From: Adineta vaga
Lineage: Eukaryota; Animalia; Rotifera
DNA length: 64,000 nt
Assembly (NCBI GenBank): GCA_021613535.1
Contig: CP075495.1
Coordinates: 13,206,001-13,270,000, forward strand
Direction of reading: 5' to 3'
Part shown: piece by piece, positions 27,055-37,938 of the stretch
Layout: the number at the start of each line of letters is the position of its first letter
How positions within the stretch are numbered: the first letter of the stretch is position 1
Notes under the pieces: model-generated
The model's input: only the letters and a program-made list of their open reading frames with translations
The model's database searches: none
Told to the model about the DNA's origin: nothing
Translations under genes and position numbers: made by a program

Positions 27055-27300
27055 GTACGAGGGTCAGTTATTTTCCAAATTTCAATTTGAAATTTAAAAG
27101 ACCATAGATTCTGATCAAATCATGGTGTTTTGTCTTTGGAACGTTGTTAAAGCTAGCTGTTCACTTTGATTCCTGATTTAAATCATCGAGTATTCGTCGG
27201 ACAAACCATCAGTTTTGTGGCTCATTCTCTATTTTGAAAAAGTTTAGTATGTAGTTATTTGTTTAGTCAACACGTTCAAAATGTTTCAAAGCACCGGCTT
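27055..27300 (+). mobile_element. possible mariner-type terminal fragment
   Basis: Begins TACGAGGG, a common mariner TIR start. No matching second end was found and the right boundary is arbitrary. Confidence 0.25.
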
Positions 27301-27942
27301 CAAGGTATCGCTATCGCTGGGTTAGTAAGTTTGTGACATCTATAATTCATCGTCGTTGAGTTTAATTGCAAGTAACCATTCATATCCATAGAGTCTACTA
27401 TATCCAATTGGTACTTAGAAGACTCTGTAAGTACACTTCCGTTTGAAAATTTGAAGGGTATTAAAAGATTTGGAGTTCTAGCTTTCTCACGAATTGAAAA
27501 AACGTTTGAGCAATCTTAATCCATCTCAAACATGTGGCAGTAGAAAAAATCCATTTCGATCGTAATTAGTAAGATTTTATCCAACAGAATATGATCATAT
27601 AGGACTGATAAATCTGACAAATGTATTTATGCTAAAGTATGATTCGTAGACCAATGATTTTTGTCGCTATATGTCTGCCATAGCTTTCCTCGAGTTTAGG
27701 TAGGATGTATATAACATAGAATTGGTTTAAGCAATGATAAGAAGAGAGAAGTCCGACTTGATATTTTTGATGGATTCTAATAGTGCCTTGTATTGTACGA
27801 AAGGTGACACCTATATCATGTAAGAAAATGAGAACGATGTCTCTTCCTGTACAGAATATTATAACAGATTAAAAATAGCTTAACAACACGAATTGCTTTT
27901 ATACTTTGTTGTTTTAGTTCTGTGAATAAAAGTTGATATTTT

Positions 27943-29670
27943 ATGGCGTCTTGTTATGATCTGGCTGAGAACTACGTTGTCCAACAGAATAATGAGAACT
28001 GCGAACAAAAAGATGCAACTAAGAAAAGAATATTCATTCCTACTATTGGAACATTAGGAGATGTGAAACCTTTCTTAATTCTTGCTCAAGAACTCAAGAA
28101 GCGTGGATATCTCGTTAGAATGGCGGTACACAAACGTTTTCAAGATATTGTGACAGCTGCTGGTACGTGTCCTTTAGCATTCATTTGATAAAGTAAAAAC
28201 ATATATTTCAAGGAAAAATTTCATAACGTTCAATGCTATAATCCGATCGATCAAAAATAGGAGTAAAAATTTGATTTTTTTCATGTAATTTGCAAAGAAA
28301 AATAACAAAATCTCAGTGAAAACTTGTTTTTTTTCTTTACAAATATAGGAGAAAAAATCAAATGTGTTACTCCTATTTTTAATTGATTGAATTATAGAAT
28401 TCGACGTTTTTGGATTTTTACAGAGCTATAGATTCAATTACTATCAGGTTTGCAACGAGCTAATTATTGTTTGCTTGTTTAAGGCATTGATACGATCGAG
28501 ATGGGAGGTGACATGGAACTAGTCTTATCATCAACACCCGAAGGCATGGACCTACGAAGAAATCCCAGTCTTTTCAAAATAAGTGCTCTTAAAACTGTGT
28601 ATTCTCTCATGTTCGAAGATTGGTTTAAGACAATTTTATCCGCATTGGGAGATACTGATCTGATAGTTCTTTCAGTTGGATCCTTGCTGGCTGGATTAAG
28701 TTGCTTGGACAAGTTCCCAAATGTAAAAGCTATTGCCATATATACTTTTCCGATCTCAAAAACAGCAAAGTTTTCTCCACCTGGTATTGGTAGTGACAGT
28801 GAAAGTTTGTTCAGTTGGATAAATGCATTAAAATGGAAGATGTTTCGGCATGCTTCGCTTGGTATGCATTCGAGTAAAGTTAACCATCTCCGTGCGGATA
28901 TTGGTTTACCACCGCTGACAATTGATCATGATCAAATGATTGAGCACATTTTTCATAAACCTCTGAAAGCTGCGACAATTTATTCGAAATACTTACTCCC
29001 ACGTCCATCGGACTGGCAAGCGAATGAATATATGGTAGGGCCGATTCTTGACGAAATCGATGATCAATTTGAACCATCAACTACCATCATGGATTTTCTG
29101 AACAAGTGGAAAAACGAAAAGATTATTTACGTTGGTTTGGGATCGATGCTGGGCGTGATGTTAAACGTAGATGAGCAGATTAAATTTCTAAACGATATTC
29201 AATCAGCGATTTTGAACAACAATTGTTGCGCACTTATTTCGTTAATTGGTTCGGAGGTTTCGGATTCTCAGAAGTTTATCAACGATGAGCGTGTGCTATA
29301 TTTACGTCAAAGTGTGCCTCATAGCTGGCTATTCTCAAAAATATCGGCGGCGATACATCATGGTGGTGCTGGTACTACTCACATTAGCATACGATACGGT
29401 CTACCTACGTTTATATTGCCTATAGCAGCTGATCAACCATTTAATGGTGATAGAATCTTTATCAATAAGCTAGGACCGAAGCCAATCCCGGTGCGACAAA
29501 CCAACCAAAAGAATCTTACGGCAGCTATTCATGATTTGACAAGTAAATACTATAACATATATGCGATGAATGCTCAACGAGTCGGTGAACTGATTAAAAA
29601 AGAAGATGGACTTGGACATTGTATTAGACTTATCGAAGCGGAACTGAACAATACAGATTTCTACCACTAA
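27943..29670 (+). CDS. family GT1 UDP-glycosyltransferase of the sterol 3-beta-glucosyltransferase / Glyco_transf_28 N-terminal type; exons 27943-28162 and 28484-29670
   Basis: N-terminal IPTIGTLGDVKPFLILAQELKKRGYLVRMAVH; C-terminal IYVGLGSM, VPHSWLFSKISAAIHHGGAGTTHISIRYGLPTFILPIAADQPFNG and EDG. The phase-1 GT-AG intron joins the exons in frame. Confidence 0.9.
28215..28418. mobile_element. foldback/palindromic MITE inside the glycosyltransferase intron
   Basis: ~95-nt imperfect inverted arms around a short spacer; perfect core AAAAATAGGAGTAA (28253-28266) / TTACTCCTATTTTT (28367-28380). Confidence 0.8.
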
Positions 29671-29822
29671 GATCTGATGGCAATATAGTTCTATTGTAAT
29701 CTTAACTTGATAGAGACTGTCAAACATTCGCTGTATACATGGACACCGATTTTAGATCTAGTAGAGAGAAACACACACACTGAACATGATATGTATATAT
29801 ATATATAGATGTGTATAATATA

Positions 29823-30104
29823 GTGCCGCCATGGTTGAGTGGTTACGTTGTTCAAACCTCAGTAATATCATCCATGGAATGACCCTGGACAAGTCGTTAA
29901 CGGCTAAGTTGTCTAAAATGACTCGTGCCACATGCGTCATTCGTATTGACTACACGCTTAGTCAGTATGTTGGACGGAAGAGAGTGCAGATGCCGCCGTC
30001 CGTAAAAAGAAAAAGACGGTAGAACCCGGCTGCATGTGGAAAAAATAAATAATAACCGCGGCCGGCCCCTACGGGCGTTAAGCCTATGGGACGTTATTAT
30101 TATA
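29823..30104 (+). mobile_element. tRNA-derived SINE with a CORE-like segment
   Basis: A-box-like TGGTTGAGTGG (29832-29842), B-box GTTCAAACC (29850-29858), MIR/CORE-like TGACCCTGGACAAGTCGTTAAC (29880-29901), (TTA)n tail, and direct repeat TATAATATA at 29814-29822 and 30105-30113. Confidence 0.75.
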
Positions 30105-30244
30105 TATAATATACGTCTATGTACGTTTTATGTTTGATTTACTCATGAAAGTCAACTTTTCGTTTTGACACAAGAAAAAAATCTTATTAATAAACTAACA
30201 TTAAGCAAAATACTATATTTCGTAAAAGATAACAATACTTTTTA

Positions 30245-30947
30245 TCTATTCTATATATATAAGGAAGAAAGTTTGTCTGTCTGTTCGCTATGCATTCAGT
30301 AACTGTAATAGCTAATGTCACCAAACTTTCCTCAATGCTTCTTTAGGTCCACAGGAAGGTCGACATGAAGTTAGAATAGTCAATGAAGAGTGGGAGTGGG
30401 GCGTTGTTGTCTGCATCCAAGATGAACAACTTCAATGCCTGGGTTGGGTTCTCAAAAAAATGAATCTAGAGTGAAATTACTACTCTAATTGTATGGCGTA
30501 AGTGAAGTTTATAAATTAGAGAATGACTTGCAGCGAGCGTCTGAGAATAGGCAGATCTACCGTGGGACTGGAGTTGCAGCGGGACAATAGGAGTGGATCT
30601 AAAAGGAACAGAGCTGTATGTCGTATGCACAGCGGGACAAGACCAGTAGGAAAGAACTAATAAAGAGATGCGGAAAGTTCTGAAAAAAAGACCTGATGCA
30701 TGACGTGAAAAGGGATATAGGAGGGTTTCAGTACGGAGGAGAAAGACATGTGGAAGACAGGTAACTTGCGCTGAGTGGCGACCTGAAGGATTACAGTAGC
30801 TAAGGCAGGGCAGGAGAGGAGAGTGTGAGAGTTTTTTGATACACGACGGGTAAATACCAACGGAGAGGTCCAATGGGTGATGAGAAAAGCACTATTGTAG
30901 ATGAAAAATGTAAATTGTGTCCTATCTGCAGCGGGTATCTCCGCTAG
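30245..30947 (+). mobile_element. non-autonomous Helitron
   Basis: Inserted between A and T. The 5' end is TCTATTCTATATATAT followed by GTCT repeats; the 3' GC hairpin (AGCGG-GTATCT-CCGCT) ends in CTAG. No TSD. The interior is GC- and purine-rich relative to the flanks. Confidence 0.8.
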
Positions 30948-31233
30948 TAGTTACTTAAAAGTAAAATATATTATGTGCAATAATACACATTATAAAAGGT
31001 ATAGACTCCATCACGAATGAACATCAAATATAAAGGTTAACCTGAGGATAATTTAATTGCGAGTTAAAAAGCAATTTTTCTACTTAATGATTTACTTATA
31101 ATCAAGAAATAACTTCGTGAATACAATAATGATTATTTTTAGACAATTTACTGAGTTGATATATTACATCGTTTTACAGCACAATAGATAGTACCTCTAT
31201 ATCACAAAATATTTTTTGCTCAATACATGTTGT

Positions 31234-31425
31234 TTATCTAATGACTATATTCTTTATTTTGAAGAAAAATAAAAATAAAATAATACCACTATTATTAACA
31301 CCTATGAGATAATAAAGTACATCAATATTGTTCGAGTTTTTAAAAATAATCAAAAGAATTTCATCAGATAAATCATCTAAATGAATAGATGATGAATGAA
31401 TGAATGACATGATTTTTTTTCTCAT
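31234..31425 (-). pseudogene. truncated F-box protein remnant
   Basis: SIHLDDLSDEILLIIFKNSNNIDVLYYLIGVN is an F-box motif; the frame degenerates immediately afterwards. Confidence 0.65.
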
Positions 31426-31516
31426 GTTACTCGTCACAAGAAGATGATTAAAATGTGAATTAACGAATTATACTGCTTAATTTAATTTTAATATTAAAAC
31501 ACATTTCCAGTGTATT

Positions 31517-31621
31517 TAGAGCTTTGAGGATGGGTGTAAGTGAGAATTCAAAGTTCGGACGATTATATTTCCGATATGTCCTCACTCTCATATCAAAACC
31601 CACACTCACCCTCAAGATCTA
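31517..31621. mobile_element. short degenerate MITE
   Basis: TAGAGCTTTGAGGATGGGTGT versus reverse complement of the right end TAGATCTTGAGGGTGAGTGT. Confidence 0.5.
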
Positions 31622-31954
31622 CTCATTAACAGTCGAAAAGAAATAGATAACTTCTCGAAAATAATATTTGTTATCAAGTTCTATGCCAAGGAATTGTTAT
31701 ATACGGATCTGAACCAATGGTATCTACATCAATTAAAAAAGTACCGTCTACTTGTGCAGTAAACAACAAAGAAAGGGTGATGTTCTCCAAAGCAATTTTA
31801 AGACGAAGTTTAAAATGAATAAATCATCAATGAATGAGTATAACTATTTGAATAATTTAAAAAATTCACACATCTTTTATTTGTTATATCTAAGGAAAAA
31901 GACGCATTCGAACTAAAACAGGAAGTATATAAAAATCAAAACCGATCCGATTAT

Positions 31955-34598
31955 TCATCTTTCTGAAAAGCCATAAACACTAAGATATTGTTTTATCCAA
32001 TCGAATGTTGGTCGTTGTTGTTTACTAAATAGAAGAAAATAGATAAAGAAAATTACTAAAAAAAGAAATATTTCTTACTCATATTCCCAACATTTGAGCA
32101 TTAGATCATAAATATGATCAGGACAATTTGAGGGCTGTTTTAGACGATTGCCATCTCGTAGAAAATGAAGTAATTTACGCGATACTGGTTCACAATTAAC
32201 ACTTGTCATTGCAGTCATTTCCTACATTATATATATATATAATGAAACATCGTTTCCAACTAGTCATTATCTCTCACTTCTCGATAAGGTGATTGTCCAT
32301 AGGATGTCGCTTCCCAAATAGTCACACCAAACGACCAAATATCGATTTGAGAGTGAAACATGGATGTTTCAAGAACTTCTGGTGGATACCATATCGAAGG
32401 TAATCGACGATTTCGTCCAATCTGAAGTGAAAAAAGAACAGATAGACATTTTTTATTCACCGAATAGTAACGAACTTTACTTGATAGTACGAATTTTCTT
32501 CTAGAACACGTGACAAACCAAAATCAGATATCTTACATATCGTCTTGGACATAATTAAAATATTTCTCAATGCTAAATCTCGATGAATAATATTCTTTTC
32601 ATGTAAATATTTCATCCCATCACTAACTTGATACATATAATTCAATATATAACTCATTCGAAATGTTCTAAAGAAATCAAATTCAATATCTAATCAACTT
32701 TATTCTCATTATTTCATGACAAATTACTTATTCGATCTTAACCAACGATTCATTGCACCATATGGACAGATTTCTAATATTAACGAGACACTATTTTCAT
32801 GTTTACATATTCCAAATATTTTTACAATATAAGGATGATCTAAATTTAACATTCGTTCACCTTCATTTAATAATTCTTTAACAAATGAAGTTTGTCGATG
32901 TCGTAATTGTTTAATGGCAACATGTTGTAATATTTGTTTTGTTAATCCATTATTATTTTCATTATTTCCAATTAATTTTCCACTATAAACTTCACCAAAT
33001 TGACCTTCACCTAAAAATAATTTACATTAAAACTTCCTAGGTAATCTCCGATTTATGATATTTTCTTTCTCTTACCAAGTTTATCACCAAAAATCACGTA
33101 TTTCTCATCGATAAGTACATTGTCTATCGGTGATAAATCTTGATTATTATCTGAATCAGAAGGTGAGCCTGAATTTGGAATATTGAAATCAAAGAATGAT
33201 GCAGGCGATAATGGAGACCATAGATCTGTTCCACTCGTTTCTGAGTCTGTATTTGTATCAACTAAAGAAAAATAAATTTTCCTAATGAAACAATAAAATC
33301 AATACTCACATCCCAGGAATCTTTGGTAAGGTATAATTCGAACAGATCCTTCAAAATAGAACAATAATTATTAGAAAAAGACTTTCTTTTTCAATTCATT
33401 TACCACCAGGACGAGTACAAGGAAATCGAAGAGCACACGCGAGATCTTGTTGATGTCGATAATAGAAATCAATTAACTATACATATTCAGAGAAGATAGT
33501 CGCTTATCAATCTATATGAATAAGTTTTTACATACTTGAACGATACTACCAAAATGATCAATACGTGTTGATTTATTTGCTGATGCAAATTGTAATCGAC
33601 CATTGGTTGTTTGTTGAATAATATAATGATGAAATTCGCGTTGAAAACATAAACTTAATGAATAATATTCATGTGAACGCTTATCACCACGTTTTTCTCG
33701 TACACTACAAAAGATCAATTAGGTTCAGTGAAAAATCAAATGAATATTTACAGAAATAGACCCGTCTTTTCACCAGCATTTTTCAAACGAATTTCTGCTT
33801 CTTGTCGACTAATACGAGAATGAAACCAAGGTTCGCTTTCATGTAAAGATCTAAAATTATCTAATGAATAAGGTCGTAGAAAAAAAAAGATAGAAAAATG
33901 AATACTTTAAAACTCGTCGTTCATAAATATATCTTTTATAGGTTAATTTTTCTTTAATTGGTATCTAAAAATAACTAAATTACGCAATAGAAAAACATCA
34001 ATCATTCTTTTACTTCCGGATCAGTATTTGATGCTTCTTGACAAATTTTATTCATATATAGTTCAGGTGTCAATAAGGGTACACACCAGAACTGAATAAA
34101 ATTGTGATCCTTTTGAAAAATACAAGTCAAATTCTATTACGAAACTCATTGTAACCTTACAAATAGTCGTTGACATGGAATCGATAATGTTGTAATAAGT
34201 ACATCTGCATGTTTTTGAAAATGACTGATTAATTCCATAGGACCAGGAAATTCCATTTGATCTGCACCTTTTGTTGATCGGCGAGGACCATTGATCTTCG
34301 TATCATTACTTGTTAATGGAAATTTTTCTTGAGCTCGTGATCCATTTAAAACAACATGATCATTCGCAAGTCGATCAATACGATAATGATAAAAACTACA
34401 ATGATAAAAATCAATTCTTGTATTTTGAAATAATATTTACCGTTTGGAAAAACATAATGATATTGCATAAGTTCCTGCTTCTTCAAATTTTTCTCGTATA
34501 AGATAGAGTCCATTTTTTGATCCTGTTTGTTCAAGAATCTCTTCAGCATCTTGTCGTGTTATTCTTCCCCAATAGAATGTTGCATCAAATAAATCCAT
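31955..34598 (-). CDS. SYK: SYK/ZAP70-family tyrosine kinase (tandem SH2 + kinase), multi-exon
   Basis: SH2-[23 protein letters not shown]; SH2-[21 protein letters not shown]; kinase [39 protein letters not shown] and [20 protein letters not shown]. Confidence 0.9.
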
Positions 34599-35810
34599 CT
34601 TTACATGAAGTTTAATTACGCTTAACTAATGTACTTCTCTTCGATTTATTGCTCAAGCAAAGATAACAGACGAGATAGAAACATGTTTTGCCTACCTTTT
34701 TCTTTTCAATTAAGAAAAATAAATAGGCGAACAGTGAAATAATCAGCAGAACGAGTGAATTGAAGATTTGGATGACTGAGCACATAAATATATGAGAAAC
34801 AAATTTCGTATTAAAAGAGAAAAACGAAAAACCAGGGAAAATTTTCTTATATACATATCCAATTTTACTGTAATTACGAGAGAAACTGAATAACTTGTCT
34901 TCTTTTCCTTTTTGCTTCCGTAAGACAAATCAATGAGTTATTGGTAAACTCGTCTATAGAAAGTTTTCTATTCATATTATCAAGTAGATATTCTTCAAAT
35001 ATTTCAAGTATCATCAATCAAACGAGATAACTTCTGTTTCAATAATGACGAAGAAGAAATCACATGATTCCATTTCTTTAGTCGTCATTAATATGAGTCA
35101 AAAAAGGAGTCAGTAGCAGAGGTGGTCGACGTGAGATTCCATATATCTCTCATCTAACTGAATCAGACAATGTGAACTATTTGTCCTGGCATTATATTTC
35201 AGAAATTATTATTTGTGTACATAGATAAAGAAGAAAATGAATAAAGGAACATGCAAAAAAGAAAGAAAAAGAAGAAGAGAAGGAAAAAGACTGTTCAATT
35301 GATCATTTCCATGTCAATGTAAATGACATGCTTGGATATGCAGGATAAAAAAATAGAATAAGCTATAATACAGAGAAAATTTTCAGTAATAATAATAATA
35401 ATAACAACAACAACAACAACAAGAAGAAGAAGAAAAAAAAAGAGGAAATCTGAAAATTTTATATTCTCTTTCTAAAGAAATGAATATTGATAAACAACAA
35501 AAAAGTTTTCAATAAAGTCCAACCAAAAGAAATAATGAAAACAACAACAACAACAAAAATAATCATAGGCAAGAAAGATATAATTCGATTCTTAGAGAAA
35601 ATAAGAAAATAAAATCAGCTAGGAATGCTTTAAAATTAACAAGAAAAAGAAAGCGTTTTTATTTATTTTTTGTTTAATACAATCACTGGGATATATAACG
35701 ATATAGAAAAATAAAATCTTATCGGTGATTATCAAAAGAATGAATCTATCTTACGAGATGGCAATGAATGATAAGAATAAGAATGATGATAGTGTTGTTT
35801 CATTCGTTTA

Positions 35811-37938
35811 CTAGGAAGGATGTTCGAATGGATAGAGCCGTTCGGCAGCCATTATTGTTTCTGTTGATGATATATCAGAACTTAAACTACCATCTTTTGT
35901 CACTTTCAAATGACTTGCTCGACGCTAAAGAAAAAGAAACACAAAAATAAAAACAATCAAGAATGTCTATTCAGAGCTAAGAGCAATTCAAATCATCAAT
36001 TTTGTTTTTGGAAATTTATGAAAATAGAGCGAGCTGAGTATTACCAATATACTTCAATTGACTGACAATGTTTCTGATATAGTTGGTATAGTTGTATCAT
36101 CAACTATTGTACTTTTTCGTGATTGACTCATAAGAGTATTCCTTCGACGTTGTTCTTTTCGTCTCAATACATGTACTACTAACCATAGAATCAAACCTGA
36201 TTGAGACGAAGTTTGACTCGGTAGAGTTTCCAGTCTGTTGTTGCTGAAAATTATATAGATATCTCATCATTTTCGTGATTTCTTTTTCATCGAAACGCAA
36301 AAAACGATGTTAAAATTGACTCATCGAACTTACTTTTAATAGTGTAGAGAAATAATCAAATTTGAATAACAGTATTGGTCCTTCATCAATATAATTATCT
36401 TTAGATCCACCTGGTCCATTTAATGAACATGCTGCCAAGCCACAGGTCAGCACGATAAAAGCGACACCATAGCAAAGCCAAAGAGTTGTATTATGATAAC
36501 CCGTAATATTCAAATATTGTTCGCAAATAATCCATAGACTTCTCCAAATTTGAACAACACTTAGAAATGCAATTAAATGAAATATATTGGATACAATTGC
36601 ATGTAAAATATGACGACGTTGTTTGATCAAACATCGAACAACAGGAATTTGTATAAGTGCAAGCAGAAAATATAATAAATAGCCACTTGCAAATGACACA
36701 ATCATTGATAGTTGTCGACTTTCTGGAAAGATATAAGAATCGGAAAGATTATAAAGACCACGCCAAGTTACAATTAACAGTGGTGCTTCGACAAATTCAT
36801 AGTAGAAAAAATCAAATGTATATTGTAGAAAATTATTTGTCTAAAATGAAAAAAAAAATTAAGATTGAGATGAAAACAGATAGATATAGTATATCTTACA
36901 GTAATAGTATATTTTGAACCAAGGAGAAAATAACTATCGGTATCAATAGCAATTAAATATGGTGCTGAATTGAGATTATAAACTGATTTCATTATTAAAA
37001 GAAAGATAATACAAATTCCTGATTCACCAATGAGATGATACCATTCATTGCTCGTTAAATCTAATAAATTCCACAGACCACGCCATTGATTTATGTAGGC
37101 TAATGCAAGTAATAAAGTATATAATCTTGTCATTATTTGACCCAAAACATTATGTCGATTTTTTTCATAGAATTCTTGTAGATAACCTTGTGTTAAATAA
37201 ATCATATACAACATAAAATAACCCACACCTAAAGAAATCAATGCACTTGTTCGTGGATAATCAGGTAATAAATGTATGTCGAGAAGATCCCAAGCACCAC
37301 GCCAATGAATGTTAACAAATGGTGTAATAATAAATGCAGATATAAGCATGTCAGTAAAATACAGTGTCATATAGGAACGACAATTAGGTACAATTGAACT
37401 ATTTGAACTGGTGGATGATGTAGTAGACGATGCAGATGAAGCTATTCGTTCGTCTTCATTATTGATCGGTGATTCATAGATAGGTACTGTTTGATGTTGT
37501 TCATTGAGAAGCGGTTGTGAAAGATTTGTTTCACTACTTGTTGGACTTATACTTAAATATGTATGTTGTAATTCAGGAGTATTTAATGTTGATATTGTTG
37601 TTGTAGTAGTTAAAGGTTGGATAGTATATGATAAATCATCATTACGAATGGAATCATTATCATTAGTATTATTATTATCATTCAATGTCAGAATCGTATG
37701 GGAAGTAACGACGCCTTGAGGATCAAGTATGGAAGAATTAAAATTCGAGGATGGTATTAGGATTTGATGATGATCATCTGCAGCATCTTCATCATCGGAT
37801 GGCGTCGTTGAGGAAGTCATAGATGTGGAATCAGCTGAATTCGAACTATAAAATGAAAATAAACAGATATTTGAAAAATGCTTTACATATAGATATATAG
37901 AAGAAAAACACTACATACGTGTTTGTGATCTGTGCCAT
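35811..37938 (-). CDS. Fuseless-like multi-pass membrane protein; start 37938 or 37820; alternative ends at 36100 or 35811
   Basis: Four repeats of the WRG-x-W motif (HWRGAWDLLD, QWRGLWNLLD, AWRGLYN, IWRSLW) with intervening TM helices, typical of the Fuseless family. Confidence 0.8.

Noticed and set aside
29823-29900. Possible tRNA gene
   Set aside because: A and B boxes are too close for a cloverleaf and there is no anticodon arm; better explained as a SINE head.
30466-30873. 135-aa and 67-aa minus-strand ORFs
   Set aside because: They lie inside the Helitron; no Rep/helicase or other recognisable motif; explained by locally higher GC.
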